DNA of 63,737 nucleotides, the filler included, from Choristocarpus tenellus KU-1152 (Eukaryota; Protista; Phaeophyceae), in NCBI GenBank assembly GCA_964200185.2. It is 11 parts of 11 records of this genome, joined end to end, with 100 filler letters (N's around TTAATTAATTAA, not from the genome) between each part and the next. Parts side by side here need not be neighbours in the genome. Positions count along the whole stretch, not along the records: positions 21,484 to 24,083 come from CAXNAD020026389.1; positions 24,184 to 33,212 come from CAXNAD020004067.1; positions 33,313 to 36,128 come from CAXNAD020024507.1; positions 36,229 to 39,724 come from CAXNAD020019634.1; 7 more parts are not named here. The stretch is one strand, 5' to 3'. The translations under genes were made by a program, and so were the position numbers. Shown here one piece after another: positions 23,745 to 36,481 of the stretch. The notes beneath the pieces are model-generated. The model was not told the DNA's origin. It made no database searches and saw nothing but the letters and a program-made list of their open reading frames with translations. Numbering within the stretch: position 1 is the stretch's first letter; each line of letters begins with the position of its first letter.

Positions 23745-25539
23745 GTGTGTCAACCTCCCTAGTTGGAGTAGAATGGACTTTTACCAAGAGTGGTGGTAAA
23801 CTTGGAAGGTTAATTGGGTATACTGCAGGAGTATGGAGTAGTTGGCAAATAGTAATACAGCCCATATTCATCCTTAGTGTATGTATGGTAGCTTTGGATT
23901 TAGTGCTGTTTCATCAGTCTTTGGTACTCCTAGTATATCTTATGTATGTGTATACAGGAAGGGTCCATCATCTCGGATTGTCAAACTGTGGTAGTTGAAG
24001 CTTTGGTAGAGTAGTATAGTTGAGCTCACTCTGTGTTTTTTTTTTCCAATTTGATCTGGCTGCAGGGTTGATCAATCCTCGTGNNNNNNNNNNNNNNNNN
24101 NNNNNNNNNNNNNNNNNNNNNNNNNNNTTAATTAATTAANNNNNNNNNNNNNNNNNNNNNNNNNNNNNNNNNNNNNNNNNNNNCTACCGCCCGCTTCGCA
24201 CTACGGTAGATATCACGGGATTGGTGAGTACAGCAGGCACGTACACGCCAGCCGGAAGAAGGGCAAATATGTCGAGAGAGAGAGCAAACAAAAAAAAAAG
24301 TTTCGTTCACCGGCTCTTCTCAACTTCTGACATGGTCGTTTCTTGATGCACTCGGGAATGGACCGGAGAACGGTAGCGTGCAAGAAGAGCACCGCGACAC
24401 GCGTAAACATCTCAAAGAGGAAGGGGTACCTCGACAAGAGCGGTGAGGAGGGCAATGAAGTCTAGGGCCATGGACGCTACGATTGTAGTCGGGAGAGATG
24501 GACACCTCCTGCGCATGGGAACAATTTCAGTTAAAACACGACAGGAAATCAGGTCACTCACTGGTTATCCACGAGTTTCCAGTGACCTGGCTGGCGCATG
24601 GGTGCAGAGGGATCTTGGGGTTAGGTCTTGAGATCGGGAGCTGCACTTCTGTTATAATTGCAGGTCTTATGTTCTTAGATTGTGAATGCAATCCATTGTA
24701 CTCTCTTGGACTTGTAGACGTGAAGACACTAGGGATGCAGCAAGAGGAGAAGCTTCTCGCGCATATAGAGCATATAGAAGAAATTTAGACCAATGCAATG
24801 TAATCCACAAAAAAAAAAAAGAGCTTCAAAGTAGAGTATACGCTGCCATCTATGTCTTCTCAAACAATCAAGAACTCTGCTTGTATAGTCTCTTCTTGCG
24901 GGCGACCCAAAAGAAGACAGTCAGCTACATTTTCAAGGTCCTGGAAGATAAACTTGGGTTAGGGTTAGGTCCGCTTCAAATTATTACCTTTACAGTTGTG
25001 CATGATACAAAACCTATATTCTACAATCCATATATATATATGTATATGCTAGAAGACCTAGACATAGGGGCCCCACTGACTTGCTGCCCTGCTGTCATGT
25101 GTTTACTGCTGAGATGTGACTGATAGACAGTGTGTGAGGTAACAAGAGAATGGCACAATAAATTCCAACGACAGTCAGAGACCAAGGTCAAAAAAGACAA
25201 TGCATACGTATCGAATAAGTATGTGTAGCCTTTTCACTCTTTCCCAGTCTTATTTGCATCGACTAGTGCGTGTGCGCGCGCATGTGCGCGTGTATGTGCA
25301 CCCATACATGTTGCATTCCCTTCTTGCCTTCCCACTGTGCATCCACCATTGACAGAGACGTAGTACGAGAATGCAGTCAGACTGCTTCCCACACCCTGTG
25401 ACATGAGTTACACGTAAGCTCGTGTCTCTACACACTTTTGGTCAACCCCGGTCTAGACTTTTAGAGCGTCCCTCTGCCCTCACCCACTTACTGCAGAGAT
25501 ACCCTGCTGTCATAAGTTCTTCCAATAAACCCACTCACC

Positions 25540-26678
25540 TGGCAAATGTGGTCCGATGCAATGATGATGTCATACTGCTGCCCAGTCTCAATGCTAACAA
25601 TACTTTGCCCACAGTCCTCCTTAATCAGCTGTTCTCCTCCGTCTCTCCCTGCCCACTGCTGCGACGCATTTATGTTGGCTTCTGACGACTCCTGACCATC
25701 AATGATACCTCCTGGCAGTGCATCCCAGTCCAGGTGTCTCACTCGAACACCTTCGGAACGGTCAATAGCCGTCGAAGGAATCCGCTTTGTAGACCGGGAG
25801 TCCGAAACATTGTCCCCCAACCTTTCGCCTGACCTGGAATTGAGGGCAACATTCCCCTGGAGAGTGTGGAGGACAACAGGGTTGAAGTCGCTGAGTGTGA
25901 CCTCCCAGGCAGAAAATGCCGCTACGAGGCCACACAAGCCGAGCCCAGAGCCCAACTCAAGGACACATTGACCAGTGAAGATGGCAGGGTTCGCGTGTAT
26001 CCAGCGGGACAAGATTATTGCAGCCGGCCACATCTGGTAGCCCACGTCGAATTGGCTATGTTGGCGCTCTTTCACAGTCCGAATCAGAACAGTAATTGCT
26101 CCTTTGGATGGGTTGTCCTCTACGACATGCAACGCCTCCTCCTCTGCCCTACCTCTCTGCTCCTTCTCTGGAGAGTCAAACTCATATCGCAAGGGATATC
26201 GATTGGCAGAAATTTGTTGACCAAGCAAAGAGGGGCGCATCGGGAAGGTGCAGCCGGAGGATAACACATTGGTGGCAATCTCGCTTGCAATCTCCTGAAT
26301 GGCCTCGTCACCATCGGGGTCTCCTGAGTTCGCCACCGAGTTACCACTCATCAAGTGAAGGATGCTCTGATGTCCCCCAATGAACCCCAGCTCCTCCGCG
26401 CACTCGAGCTCCTTACATAGGAGTCCCAGAGTGTGCAGACAACGAATACACGCTGTAACTTCCCCTCTATCTAAGAGACGCATCGCGGCATCGTGGAGAG
26501 TCTGTATTACACCCAGCTCCCCCAACTGCAGACGATCATGCGAACCACTGCAGGCAGATCGTTCGATAACATCCAGAGTTCCCTCACCGAAAGTCCATCC
26601 CTCCTTTGCTCCAGTGTCAGCTCTTGCTATCAATGGTTTAGTAAGTGCTTCTTTGACCGCAGCTAGGGTGGGGCCCAT
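25540..26678 (-). CDS. Methyltransf_16 (METTL21/EEF2KMT-like) SAM-dependent protein methyltransferase with N-terminal helical (ARM-like) extension; large exon ending at a GTGAGT donor
   Basis: Motifs: DVGYQMWPAAIILSRW, VLELGSGLGLCGL, VTLSDFNPVVL, LDWD, YDIIIASDHIC. Splice donor CAG|GTGAGT at 25539. Downstream exon(s) not resolved. Confidence 0.88.
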
Positions 26679-28158
26679 TTAGAGCCGTCCAGAGGCGCTA
26701 TGACCCTGCGTGTGATGTGTTGAAAAGAAGGCTACCAGGTCAAGCCTAGGGCATCAACTCATTCCCCTATTCCCGTCCTCGTATCGACTAACCTTGCATT
26801 TGTGTGTATGTACTGAACCTTCAAATAGGAGTTGTTAAAACTTTCTGTCTGCGTAGATCATTGTTTGGTTTATGTTGATGAATCGAACAAGGTTCTAACA
26901 TTAACCCTAACCCTAAAAGTCACTTTTCAACTATACTTGACAATCTCCAAGGATGCTGTGTAGTTAATTGGACTAGATTTACATCTGTCGTCACCATCAA
27001 TCATAACCTTGAAAGCACCTAGCTGTGCACATGCTGCTTCCTCCATGTGCTACCTGATAGTGTATTCTATCACCCCACCATCAGCAGCTGATCCCTCTCC
27101 CCAAATTACAAGGGAAGCTCTTATGGACCCATTCTGCCTTGTGTGGGAGGATTCCTCCTGTTCAAGATGGTCAGTGTGTGGGCATGGGCTTGGTTCAACC
27201 ACAGGACCATTCTATGGTTCCTGTTCTCTGTGCTCCTTCTCCACAATGCCTAGAACTTCCAACCCTACCTGCCTCCAGATGCCTCTAGCTTGTTCTCTGG
27301 AATCCAGTAGAGGTTCTGGGGTCCAGACAAGTAGTAGCGAGAACCTGCTTCCACTATATTAAAACCTCTGGGCTGCCTGCCCTCACCTCAGAGTATGGGC
27401 AATGATATTCTTCCCTGTATCAGACCAGTTCACAAGATCAAATAGCATAGCGCTTGTGCACTCGCATCCAACTTTTCCCCTTTTTTCAAGTTAAAACCCT
27501 TGACACAGATAGATTCCTTGCTATTATCCTCCACAAAATGCAGGAGGGGGAGGAGGACATAATACCTGGCAGATGCGTCAACATCATACTCGCATAGGGA
27601 CCCAACCTCGCCAGTGTTCAGAGCAACTGGACAAAGTCATGGTTTTTATGCAGGACTACTTACTTGGTCCTAGAGGTGTTTATAGTACTTGCGCGATTGT
27701 CTGTATGATGAGTGTGTTCGGGGTTTCTCCTCCAAACATGTACGTTACAACTCCTACAAATCGTTGAACGTTTATCATGTTTCTACCGTACAAGATTATC
27801 GATTACTAACATTCACTACAACTACTTTGAAGTAGAATGTCATGCAAACACAATACTCTATTATGTGTTTGTAGTTGTCGTAAGCAGACCTCGAATATAC
27901 CTTATCTGTGGTGACTTTTGTTAGTGATGGACATCCTAAGTGATGGACATCCTAATGTCGTGTTATTATAATTAGAAAAACGCACGTTAAATATTCTGTG
28001 TCCCATGTCACAGTATCAAGACCACTGCATAGTAGGGAAAAGAGCAATTAACCAACCAAAGCTTCGGGTACCTACTGCTCGGCAAGGCACAATATATAGT
28101 TAGTTGTCGGTAAAACTATTTTAATCCAAACTACTTTCACCCCTCTATATATTTTTAT

Positions 28159-28605
28159 TATCATGCCCTCTGATATTTGCATATTATGTGTCAGGGGAAA
28201 AACCAATGAAAACTATTAATATGTCAGAAAAACCCTAAAAAAGTAACAATTGTCGTAATTGTGAAAGACATTGTTGATCTATTTACTATTTTACTACCAG
28301 CTAATCTGCGCCACTGTCTTCCTGTGGCTCCAACCTAGCTTAGTCCTGCACCTCAGCGTAAGGAGCTAGGGAAGTAATGTATATCATTATGCCCTCTGAC
28401 ATGTTGTAGATGTATCAGGGGAAAAGCCAATGAAAACCATTCCAATGTCAGAATTAACCCCAAAAAAGCAACAACCCTCAATATATATATTATATTTTAT
28501 TATTATGCTGTCTGGCATTTTGGAGATGTGTTTTATATATTATATATAAGTATATTGTTATCGTGCCTTGGACATTTTGGAGGTGTGTCATGGAAAATAG
28601 CCAAT
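28159..28605. repeat. Degenerate local repeat: two ~90-bp copies (28159-28250, 28382-28475) plus two shorter partial copies
   Basis: ATGCCCTCTGA..TCAGGGGAAAA.CCAATGAAAAC..ATGTCAGAA..AACCC.AAAAAAG.AACAA recurs; partial copies at ~28501 and ~28559. Confidence 0.75.
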
Positions 28606-29297
28606 AATGCAGTATGATAAAAACTTCTGTTCACCTCTTGTTATGTTTATTGTGAGAAGAAGAACGAGGTATAGTAGTAAATACTAACAGATCTTACTTA
28701 TCATTTTTTTGTTTTATTTCCCTCTTGGTGAGTTTTCGCTTTCCTCAACAACTATGGGGAACCCTAAACATTCATTCGCAGAGGGTTTCGATCAGAAACT
28801 CCTTTTGTGGGCTGGCTGCATGCGGTAGGATCGGCTCAGTAGGCCTTGGAAGCTGACTGGGAAGAAGAGCAACTGCGGTAAGGTGGAAGCTGTCTGAGCT
28901 CATAGAGTATTACACGTTAATGTATCGATGCCGTATCTCAATCTTCAATGAACATTTCTTTGCTAATAATGACTATTCGAACGTAGCACCTCCTGCAGGC
29001 CCTCATCCACCATGCAGTCCTTTTTGGTGCGAAGATATGCTACCCCCACCTCACATTGCATCGCACTTCGTACGTCGCCCAGTGGTTGTCGAGGCTAAGA
29101 GATACTATTTATACCAAAGTCACTCCCACAACAGTTGCCTAACCGGATCTCCACCTTCTTCTCCCTCTGAGCTTCGACGGGACTTACAAACTTTATACGC
29201 TCTACATTTTTTGTTGCTCTGCTCACTCTTCCCCCCCCCACCCTCGATGATGTTAGAATCACAACTTCTTCGTAACCAGGCAGAGTCGATCTCAAGA

Positions 29298-32200
29298 ATG
29301 GGGCGCACCAAGTCGAAAACTGTAGGGGCGATGGCCCAAATGGAGCGACAGGCGACAGAGCAGGTGATGCCTACGGCAAAATAAACCTCGGTTCAAGTTA
29401 ATCGTAGTGCCCTACTTCGATCCAAACAAATAATTATTTCTACTCATTCTCCTCGACCGTATCATTTTATCATTCCTGGTAACTATTGCAATGTTTGTTC
29501 CCCGATCATACCCAATATCTCAACACTACTACCAGCTCACAGCATGATCATTGACATGCAGATATTGATGGCGGATAGTTCGCTTAGTCATCTGAACATG
29601 ATGTACCCTTCAGTCCTTACTCGCGACATGCCACGTCGCTCTCAACTGCCCATCAAGTTCTCCCTTCACCATCACTTTTATTGTCGAATTACGTGGAGAG
29701 AGCTGTGTCATGATTTTTGTTGTGTGGTGAGACCTTTATGTGTTTGAGGTGTTATACAGTAACAAATCATTTTTCACCGAGTGGTCCACCCGCTATGCTC
29801 CCATGAACACAGATCACGAAGTCGCAGTCGCTGACGCTGGTCAAGAACCTTGTCCGAATCTCCATCAGCACCGTGTGCCACATCCGTAATATCTTTCCTG
29901 CTTACTGTTTCCAGGAACGGGCCTATGGTAAGAACACGAAGACTTTTCGTCGACCAGGGAATCGTGAACAAAGTTGTAGAACGACAGCCTTGGCAAAAGT
30001 CTGTAGGAGGAACCAGTCTCGCGGCCCACTTCTCGTTTCTACTTTTTTCGACTTTAAGACACCCCTTAAAAACCCTGCGTGAAATATCTCTTCCCCACAC
30101 ATCCCTCTTCCTGCACTTCAGATGTTGTGGTGTTACAATAATATTGATACCGACACATACCATCTGTTGTAAGATAGACTACATGAGCAGCAAAACAGAG
30201 ACTGTGTTCCGTATTTTATGGTCGACTTGGTGATGGATGCATTGACGACTATTCCACAATGAGCTCTCAACCAATCATCTTGTAAGTAATCCCTCCGCCT
30301 CACCCTCCTGATTCCACTAAATCACCCCAGCCGGCATGCGCATCTATCAGTTAGATTGCGCTAGCAGAGACCCGTCAACCAACAAGACGGTGGTGCGAGA
30401 TGAACAGGCGTACATGCTCACCCAGTGGCTAGAGTACGGAGTATTCCAGGCAGTCGAGCTCAGGCAAGGGGCTAAATCCCGACACAACTTCTTAATTTCA
30501 CCTCTCGTACCCAAATCTTATCACATGGTGTAAACCCTAACTCTCACACTCGGCCGATAAAGTGCAAGGTGTTGCTTCAGATAGCAAAATTAGGTCGGCG
30601 AACACATTGACGCTGGTTGTGAGTGTGAGGTGGATTCTGACCCCGACCATCACCCTCGCAAGTATTGAAAAAATAGTTCAGGAAGTACTGCGATAGTGTG
30701 TATAGTAACATGTACTCTACTTGTACTACTCACTTCCGTACTCACTTCAGTAACATAAACGCGGAGATAACTTTGCAAACTGCACTCTCCGCACCTACAG
30801 AGAATGTATGTCCCTTCGACGATATTTAACCCAACCGTAGCAGCACCATACTCCAAAATTGATCCATCCTATTAGCCAAACAAAATACAAACCCCACAAC
30901 ACAAAATTTGAAATGAAGCTCTAATAGATACTCTGGATTCCAATTGCAAACTTTGATGCCTTAACCCTTGACCCCTTGTCAATATGAAAGGTACCTTCGC
31001 CGCTTAGAGTTCATTGTGGTCTCTCCTAAGCTTGACTTGCCCAGGGAGTCCTACTCCTTCGACTTTGACTACCCTGGGGATGAGGACGTAACCTTCGGAG
31101 GAAAGAAAGTTACCATGGATAACACCAAGCAAGTCTTGGGTTGGACCGAGTCGAGGGCCCTGGGGGTTAGCAAAAAGAATGGAAGCAGAGCAGATCACAG
31201 ACGAAGGACTGTCGGTCTATTATGGGGATAGCAGATTGTTCAGGAGATAAGCAGTAATTCATGTCTGGTACTAGCGGGAAAGGGGGCGTGAATTTGCGCA
31301 CGCTATGAGGCAGCACTGGACGTAGAAGTTTTGTAAGAGGGGAGACAGAGTGAAGAGGGGTTTGAGGGCGTCTTGTTCCTTTTCGTTGTAGGAAACGGAA
31401 CTTTTGGGTTGGTATCCATATGCATGGATGCAAGTATATATGGACAGTCCTATAGTTCTTTACGCTGGCTCGGCTGAAACTCTTAGAATTTCTATAACCT
31501 CTCTTACTTTCTGGAATACTTACTTGTTCATCATATGCTTACATGCTCCGATGATTGCATGTTCAATTTCTCTATATATTCTTTGAAGTCTTCACAATAA
31601 TAGTTATAGATGGGCTCAGATGTGTGTAAATACTTGTCCATGCTATTTTCCACTTAAATTGTCGCTTTCAAGTACTGGTCCTCCAGGGCACAGGTGCTTG
31701 ATATCCTGTCCTAGGCCCTTGTTGATTATACCAATTATACGCTTTCTTTCCACAGTCTGACCCCTCTCCTTCTCCATCCTACCAAAGAATCGCTGATATT
31801 AGAATATATATCACCTCCTCATTCCCACACCCTTCCCTCAAATACTCTCAAGGGGGCAGCTGGTGACGTTAATTCGGTCTCTAATTCAGTTCTCAAACAC
31901 CCTGGATGAGATTCCAAATGAAAGATACATCAACATGAAGGTGCCTTCAACTCCTGTCTGCTCAATATATGATCACTGTATCAGGGTTAAGGAAGGATAG
32001 TTACTTCAGTGGGGGCAGAGATTGTTAAATGTATTCAACACTGATATCCATGAATAGCTTGTAGGACTATAGCATTTAACATATTGTCCTCTTTCAGCCC
32101 TGTTCAATTGACTCCTTCACATACCCTCATCCCCAAAGATTTGTGAATGTGCTTGTTCTCCAACAAAACGACAGGTTCTCAATGCGATCCAACGACTTTG

Positions 32201-32445
32201 TTGTCAATCCTGAAAGCATTAACTCTGCACAATCCACCTGTGATACCCCTGTTGACTCTCTACCCTGCTCGCTCCTACCGTCTGATACACAGCTATGGTA
32301 CTACGATGACCGCACTCCCCCAGATTGGCAGCCACAGTATTTCACCTCTGCGGATCCCTCTGCGCTCAGTTTTTCTAAGTATGGTGATCACGACCGACTT
32401 CGTATCAGGATTGGAGAACTGAAGACCCCACACCACACCCTCAAG
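29298..32445 (+). CDS. HOP1: Meiotic HORMA-domain protein HOP1/HORMAD/ASY1; exons 29298-29363, 29813-29927, 30331-30463, 30991-~31131, 31859-31940, 32293-32445; 3' end missing
   Basis: Spliced product reads ITKSQSLTLVKNLVRISISTVCHIRNIFPAYCFQERAY..WLEYGVFQAVELRYLRRLEF..ESYSFDFDYP..LIRSLIQFSNTLDEIPNERYINMKLWYYDDRTPPDWQPQYF..IGELKTPHH. This is the diagnostic Hop1-type HORMA domain. Confidence 0.92.
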
Positions 32446-33392
32446 GTGTTTATTTTTTCTTCTATTGAGACCCAAAGCATTTAAGAGGGCAAGGCCGTGT
32501 CCATTTGGAGGTCATAAATCCACTGTCGCGATGTTGATTAATCTTAGCTATCGTGTTTGTTAGCAAGTGTCAATATCCTTGCTCCGGACACACCATTCAT
32601 GATCGTATACATTTTATTTACTCCGAAATGTTTCGGAGTAGGTAACTGAGCTCGCACAGAAAACCGAAAAGGGCATAAAACAAACTTGAGAAGCCAAGCC
32701 TTGAACGGACAAACAGGGCAAAACTTACACTCTCTTAAATTATTTGGGTCTTAAGCTCTAGACTAATATGTGGTTTCTGTGGTGCAATTTCCATATGTAA
32801 TCTAAAGGACTGTGAGTAGTGTGTGTATGTTCAATAAGTACCCAGACCAGCAATGGTGTTATTCATCGTGTATGTGGTAATGCATACTGCATGTGTCACC
32901 TCAACTGTGTTATGGTCTTCCTTTGATTAGAAAAAAGAAGGGTATAACTGGAATTATTGCACCTGGATGTAAACATTAGAAACCTAAGTCAAGCCTGCCT
33001 CACCGATGCTTCCCTTGTTCATCCATTGCCAGAATATTGTATGACATGCCATATACCAGCTAAGCATGCATCTCTCGTGACAACCAACTTAAAGTATTTT
33101 TCCTATTAGCCAACTCACAACAACTCTTCATTTTGGACCTAAGTGCCTTGAACCAAAAACTGGCTTATTTTTAATATTTGTCGTGTTTATGATATGTGGC
33201 CGGGTGGGGGTGNNNNNNNNNNNNNNNNNNNNNNNNNNNNNNNNNNNNNNNNNNNNTTAATTAATTAANNNNNNNNNNNNNNNNNNNNNNNNNNNNNNNN
33301 NNNNNNNNNNNNTGATTCCTCATCGCTAGTAGTCTACGCATTTTACCTACATGTACGATGCATTCGATTCAGATTTCAGGACATCTTCTTTG

Positions 33393-33612
33393 AATATGCT
33401 GGTGATACCACTACTGACAGCTGGCGTGTACACAGTTAGAATGGTGATAAATACAGGGCATTTCCTTTGAAAATGTTGGTGATACCACTATTGATAGCTC
33501 GTTTGTGCATGGTTCTAATGGTGATAAATACAGGGCATCCAATTTAGAAATGTTGATGATATGACTGTGACAGATGGTGTGTGCACGATTCGAATGGTGA
33601 TAAATACAGGTG
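33393..33612. repeat. Three diverged tandem copies of a ~77-bp unit
   Basis: ATG.TG.TGATA...AATGGTGATAAATACAGG recurs three times, with units starting at ~33393, ~33471 and ~33548. Confidence 0.85.
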
Positions 33613-34004
33613 ATACAGGCGAATAGCGGAAGTATTTCTTCCCGCGCTTTAACCAGCGTGAGCAGTATACGCGCGTGGGGAACCCCAAAAGGGGAGACTC
33701 TGATTTGCCAAAAAGTTGCAGAATAAAGTATCTAACACGGGTAGTCGCAAAGGGTCCCAGATGGAAAGGTCGCAAAGGTTCTCAAATATATTCCAATATT
33801 TGTAAACCAGAAGAAGCCCCAACAATAAATGATGATAAGAGATCCTAAAAACGGCTCCAAACGGCTCAGTTCTTCTGACCTAGAGAGCCCCCACCTATTC
33901 AGGTTTCTCTCTCTCTCTGATATCGTTATACACACTTTTCCTTGTGCTACTTGATTCACGGAAGAGTACTACTGTTCTGCTGAGCTGAAGTGCGTTGGTC
34001 TGTG

Positions 34005-36065
34005 AATTGGATTTGAGTTGTACATCCTGTGGAGGTGAGTTCCGAGGGGTGCCTGTAACATGGAGGTCCTACTGCCTCTCTTCAAACCGGAGGGAATACT
34101 CATTTGTTCACCTCAACACTTAGGATTCTTTGTAGCTCCCACGCCCGCATGGAGTTTTTTCTTGTTCCACCTGGGTTTGTGGTCTTCATTTGTCGTCTAC
34201 GGGATTCCCTCCTTGGGCTCGTCGCCTTCATGGGTCTGAGGGCTTCTGTGGCTCTGAGGGAATCACCCCTCTCTAGCCGTAAAACGAGTGGTCTCTGATC
34301 GCCACATCACTCGCCATAGTAATAAAATGAGTGGTGTTTGACCAGGTATAGACGTTGCCCAGGTAGTTCTTCCTCGCCATTCATACACTCACATCCCCGA
34401 TCTGTTTTTCGTGTATCATACTGTCCTTTTATTCCACAGGTTCCGTCGGGAATCAGTGATTCGGAGATGTTCCTGTCTAAGGCCATACTTTGCGAGAACG
34501 TTTGCAGCAGTCGTGACGGCTCAACGTCTTTATGCATCGCGTGCACCCATCAGCAACCTCACCCCTTTCCACATCGAGCTCATCGAAAACTCTTGTCTTT
34601 CTTAGGGCACACAGCGGTCCTTTCAGGTGCTTCGTTTGCAATCGACGTCCCACGCATCAAAGGACAGCTCATACAGGTCTGTTGAGACGGCGTCACGGCA
34701 ACTGAGTGGTTCATATTTCGGTGAGAGAATACACCCTTTTTGCATGGCCAGCCGAAAATTATGGTAAAGGTTACCATGTGTTTTTTTTTTAAAGAGAAAG
34801 AGGTGTGACGCGGAAGGCTGCGGCCATAGCCTAGTTTTGTACTATCAAGCGTACACCATGGACTCGTGGATGCCTCATTTATATGAAATTGTTTTGGGGG
34901 GGGATACATAGGCGAAGATCTCATTGATTTGTACCAACTCCCCACTCTCCTCCCAAACGTCCTAACCAAATTGAAGGCTACAAAACAAATAGGATATTTA
35001 CCTTAGCAAGAAATTGAAGTCAAACGTACCCACTAGCAATTTCCTAGAGTATATCTTTGGGGACCGAAATGGTAAACCATCAAATTAAAGTAGAACGGAT
35101 TATTGATGACCCCACAAAAGAATTATCCGATACTCATTTTCCCAGCCAATCAAAATGCCCCAAAAAGTTGTATTGTATACAGAGAAGACTCAGCACTCCT
35201 TTGGGTTGATGATAGATCTGCTTGCTATGTTTACTAGCATGTCATACCCTTCCGCTGGCTCAGCCGAAACCCCGATAGTCAGGCAGAAACTGCGACTATA
35301 TCACCATAATAGGACGTCCATACACGAAGAGGTATCAAGTCAAACTTCAATGTTATACAGAGAGGTTGTCAACGGTGTACTGGCAGCCCTTGCAACGATT
35401 CTTCAACCTGTGTTAACCCAGAACTCCTAGCTGTCTGTACTGCCTAAAATACTGAACCTTCCTATATTCCCGGCAAAGACGGTACCTCGTTATCTCAAAT
35501 AAACAAAAAAAAAAAGAAATGCGATGCATCAAAACCCGTTCGACCAGTCACATCCATTCCCCAGCCGGTGCTTTGATCCCCACCCGCTTTAGCCACTGGG
35601 TGAACGATAGGAGTCGGCACGATTTGGGCATAGACTTACCTCGATCTTCTACCTCCACAAGACGAAGTCGACATATGGCTAAAGGCACACCGAGCTTGCT
35701 TTCATCATGCCTGTAGTCAAGACTGCTTCACGTCTGTAACTGACGAGTGCAGGTATACATAAGGCGACTTGTTAGCTCCCAGAGGAATCCTCTCATACCT
35801 TATTGGGAGCCCACCGAGGACCTCCTGGTACTCAATCTACTGCAGTGTCGAGTACGATGGTATCCTTAATAGATACACGTCTCCAGTACGTAGCAGTAAT
35901 GCAAGACTCGAAACTTACTCCACTATCCGCGAGAAGCCCAACCTTTTCGGATGCTGCAGAGCCGTCTTGAAGTTGCGCCATGAAGTTTGAACCCCCAGCG
36001 ATCCATGTCATTCCAACTATAGACATAAGACTTTCATTCCCACGTCGATAATATTCGCCATGATG
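34005..36065 (+). mobile_element. Interspersed repeat, probable 5' internal (gag-region) relic of an LTR retrotransposon; copy 1
   Basis: Colinear with the reverse complement of 52698-55005 (e.g. GTATAGACGTTGCC.AGGTA.TTCTTCCT.GCCATTC; TAACTGACGAGTGCAGGTATA; CGATAATATTCGCCATGA). In copy 2 it runs into a retroviral-type protease motif. Confidence 0.75.
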
Positions 36066-36481
36066 TTGAAACCTGAATCGAATGCATTGTATATGATACA
36101 TAGACTACGAAGGAAGAGGAATCATGGTNNNNNNNNNNNNNNNNNNNNNNNNNNNNNNNNNNNNNNNNNNNNTTAATTAATTAANNNNNNNNNNNNNNNN
36201 NNNNNNNNNNNNNNNNNNNNNNNNNNNNTGTATGATAGACTGCTTCCTGGTCGTCTACAACGGGCTGTGGGAGGGACAGGTCATGTAGCGGTCTTCCGGT
36301 CCCGTACGTACGTACTTCCTACCATCCCGATAATACTGTGTTTGTCGTGAACGCAGCAATAAAAAACATATCCAAAGACAAGCATTTATTGTTACCTACA
36401 CTCCATTTTTGTTACTAACCTGATACGTGTTAACAAGTGACCATTTTTTTACAACACTGAGCAGATTTATTTGATTTACAG

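Noticed and set aside
24213-24505. GC-richer segment as the next methyltransferase exon
   Set aside because: No frame gave recognisable methyltransferase C-terminal sequence with compatible splice sites.
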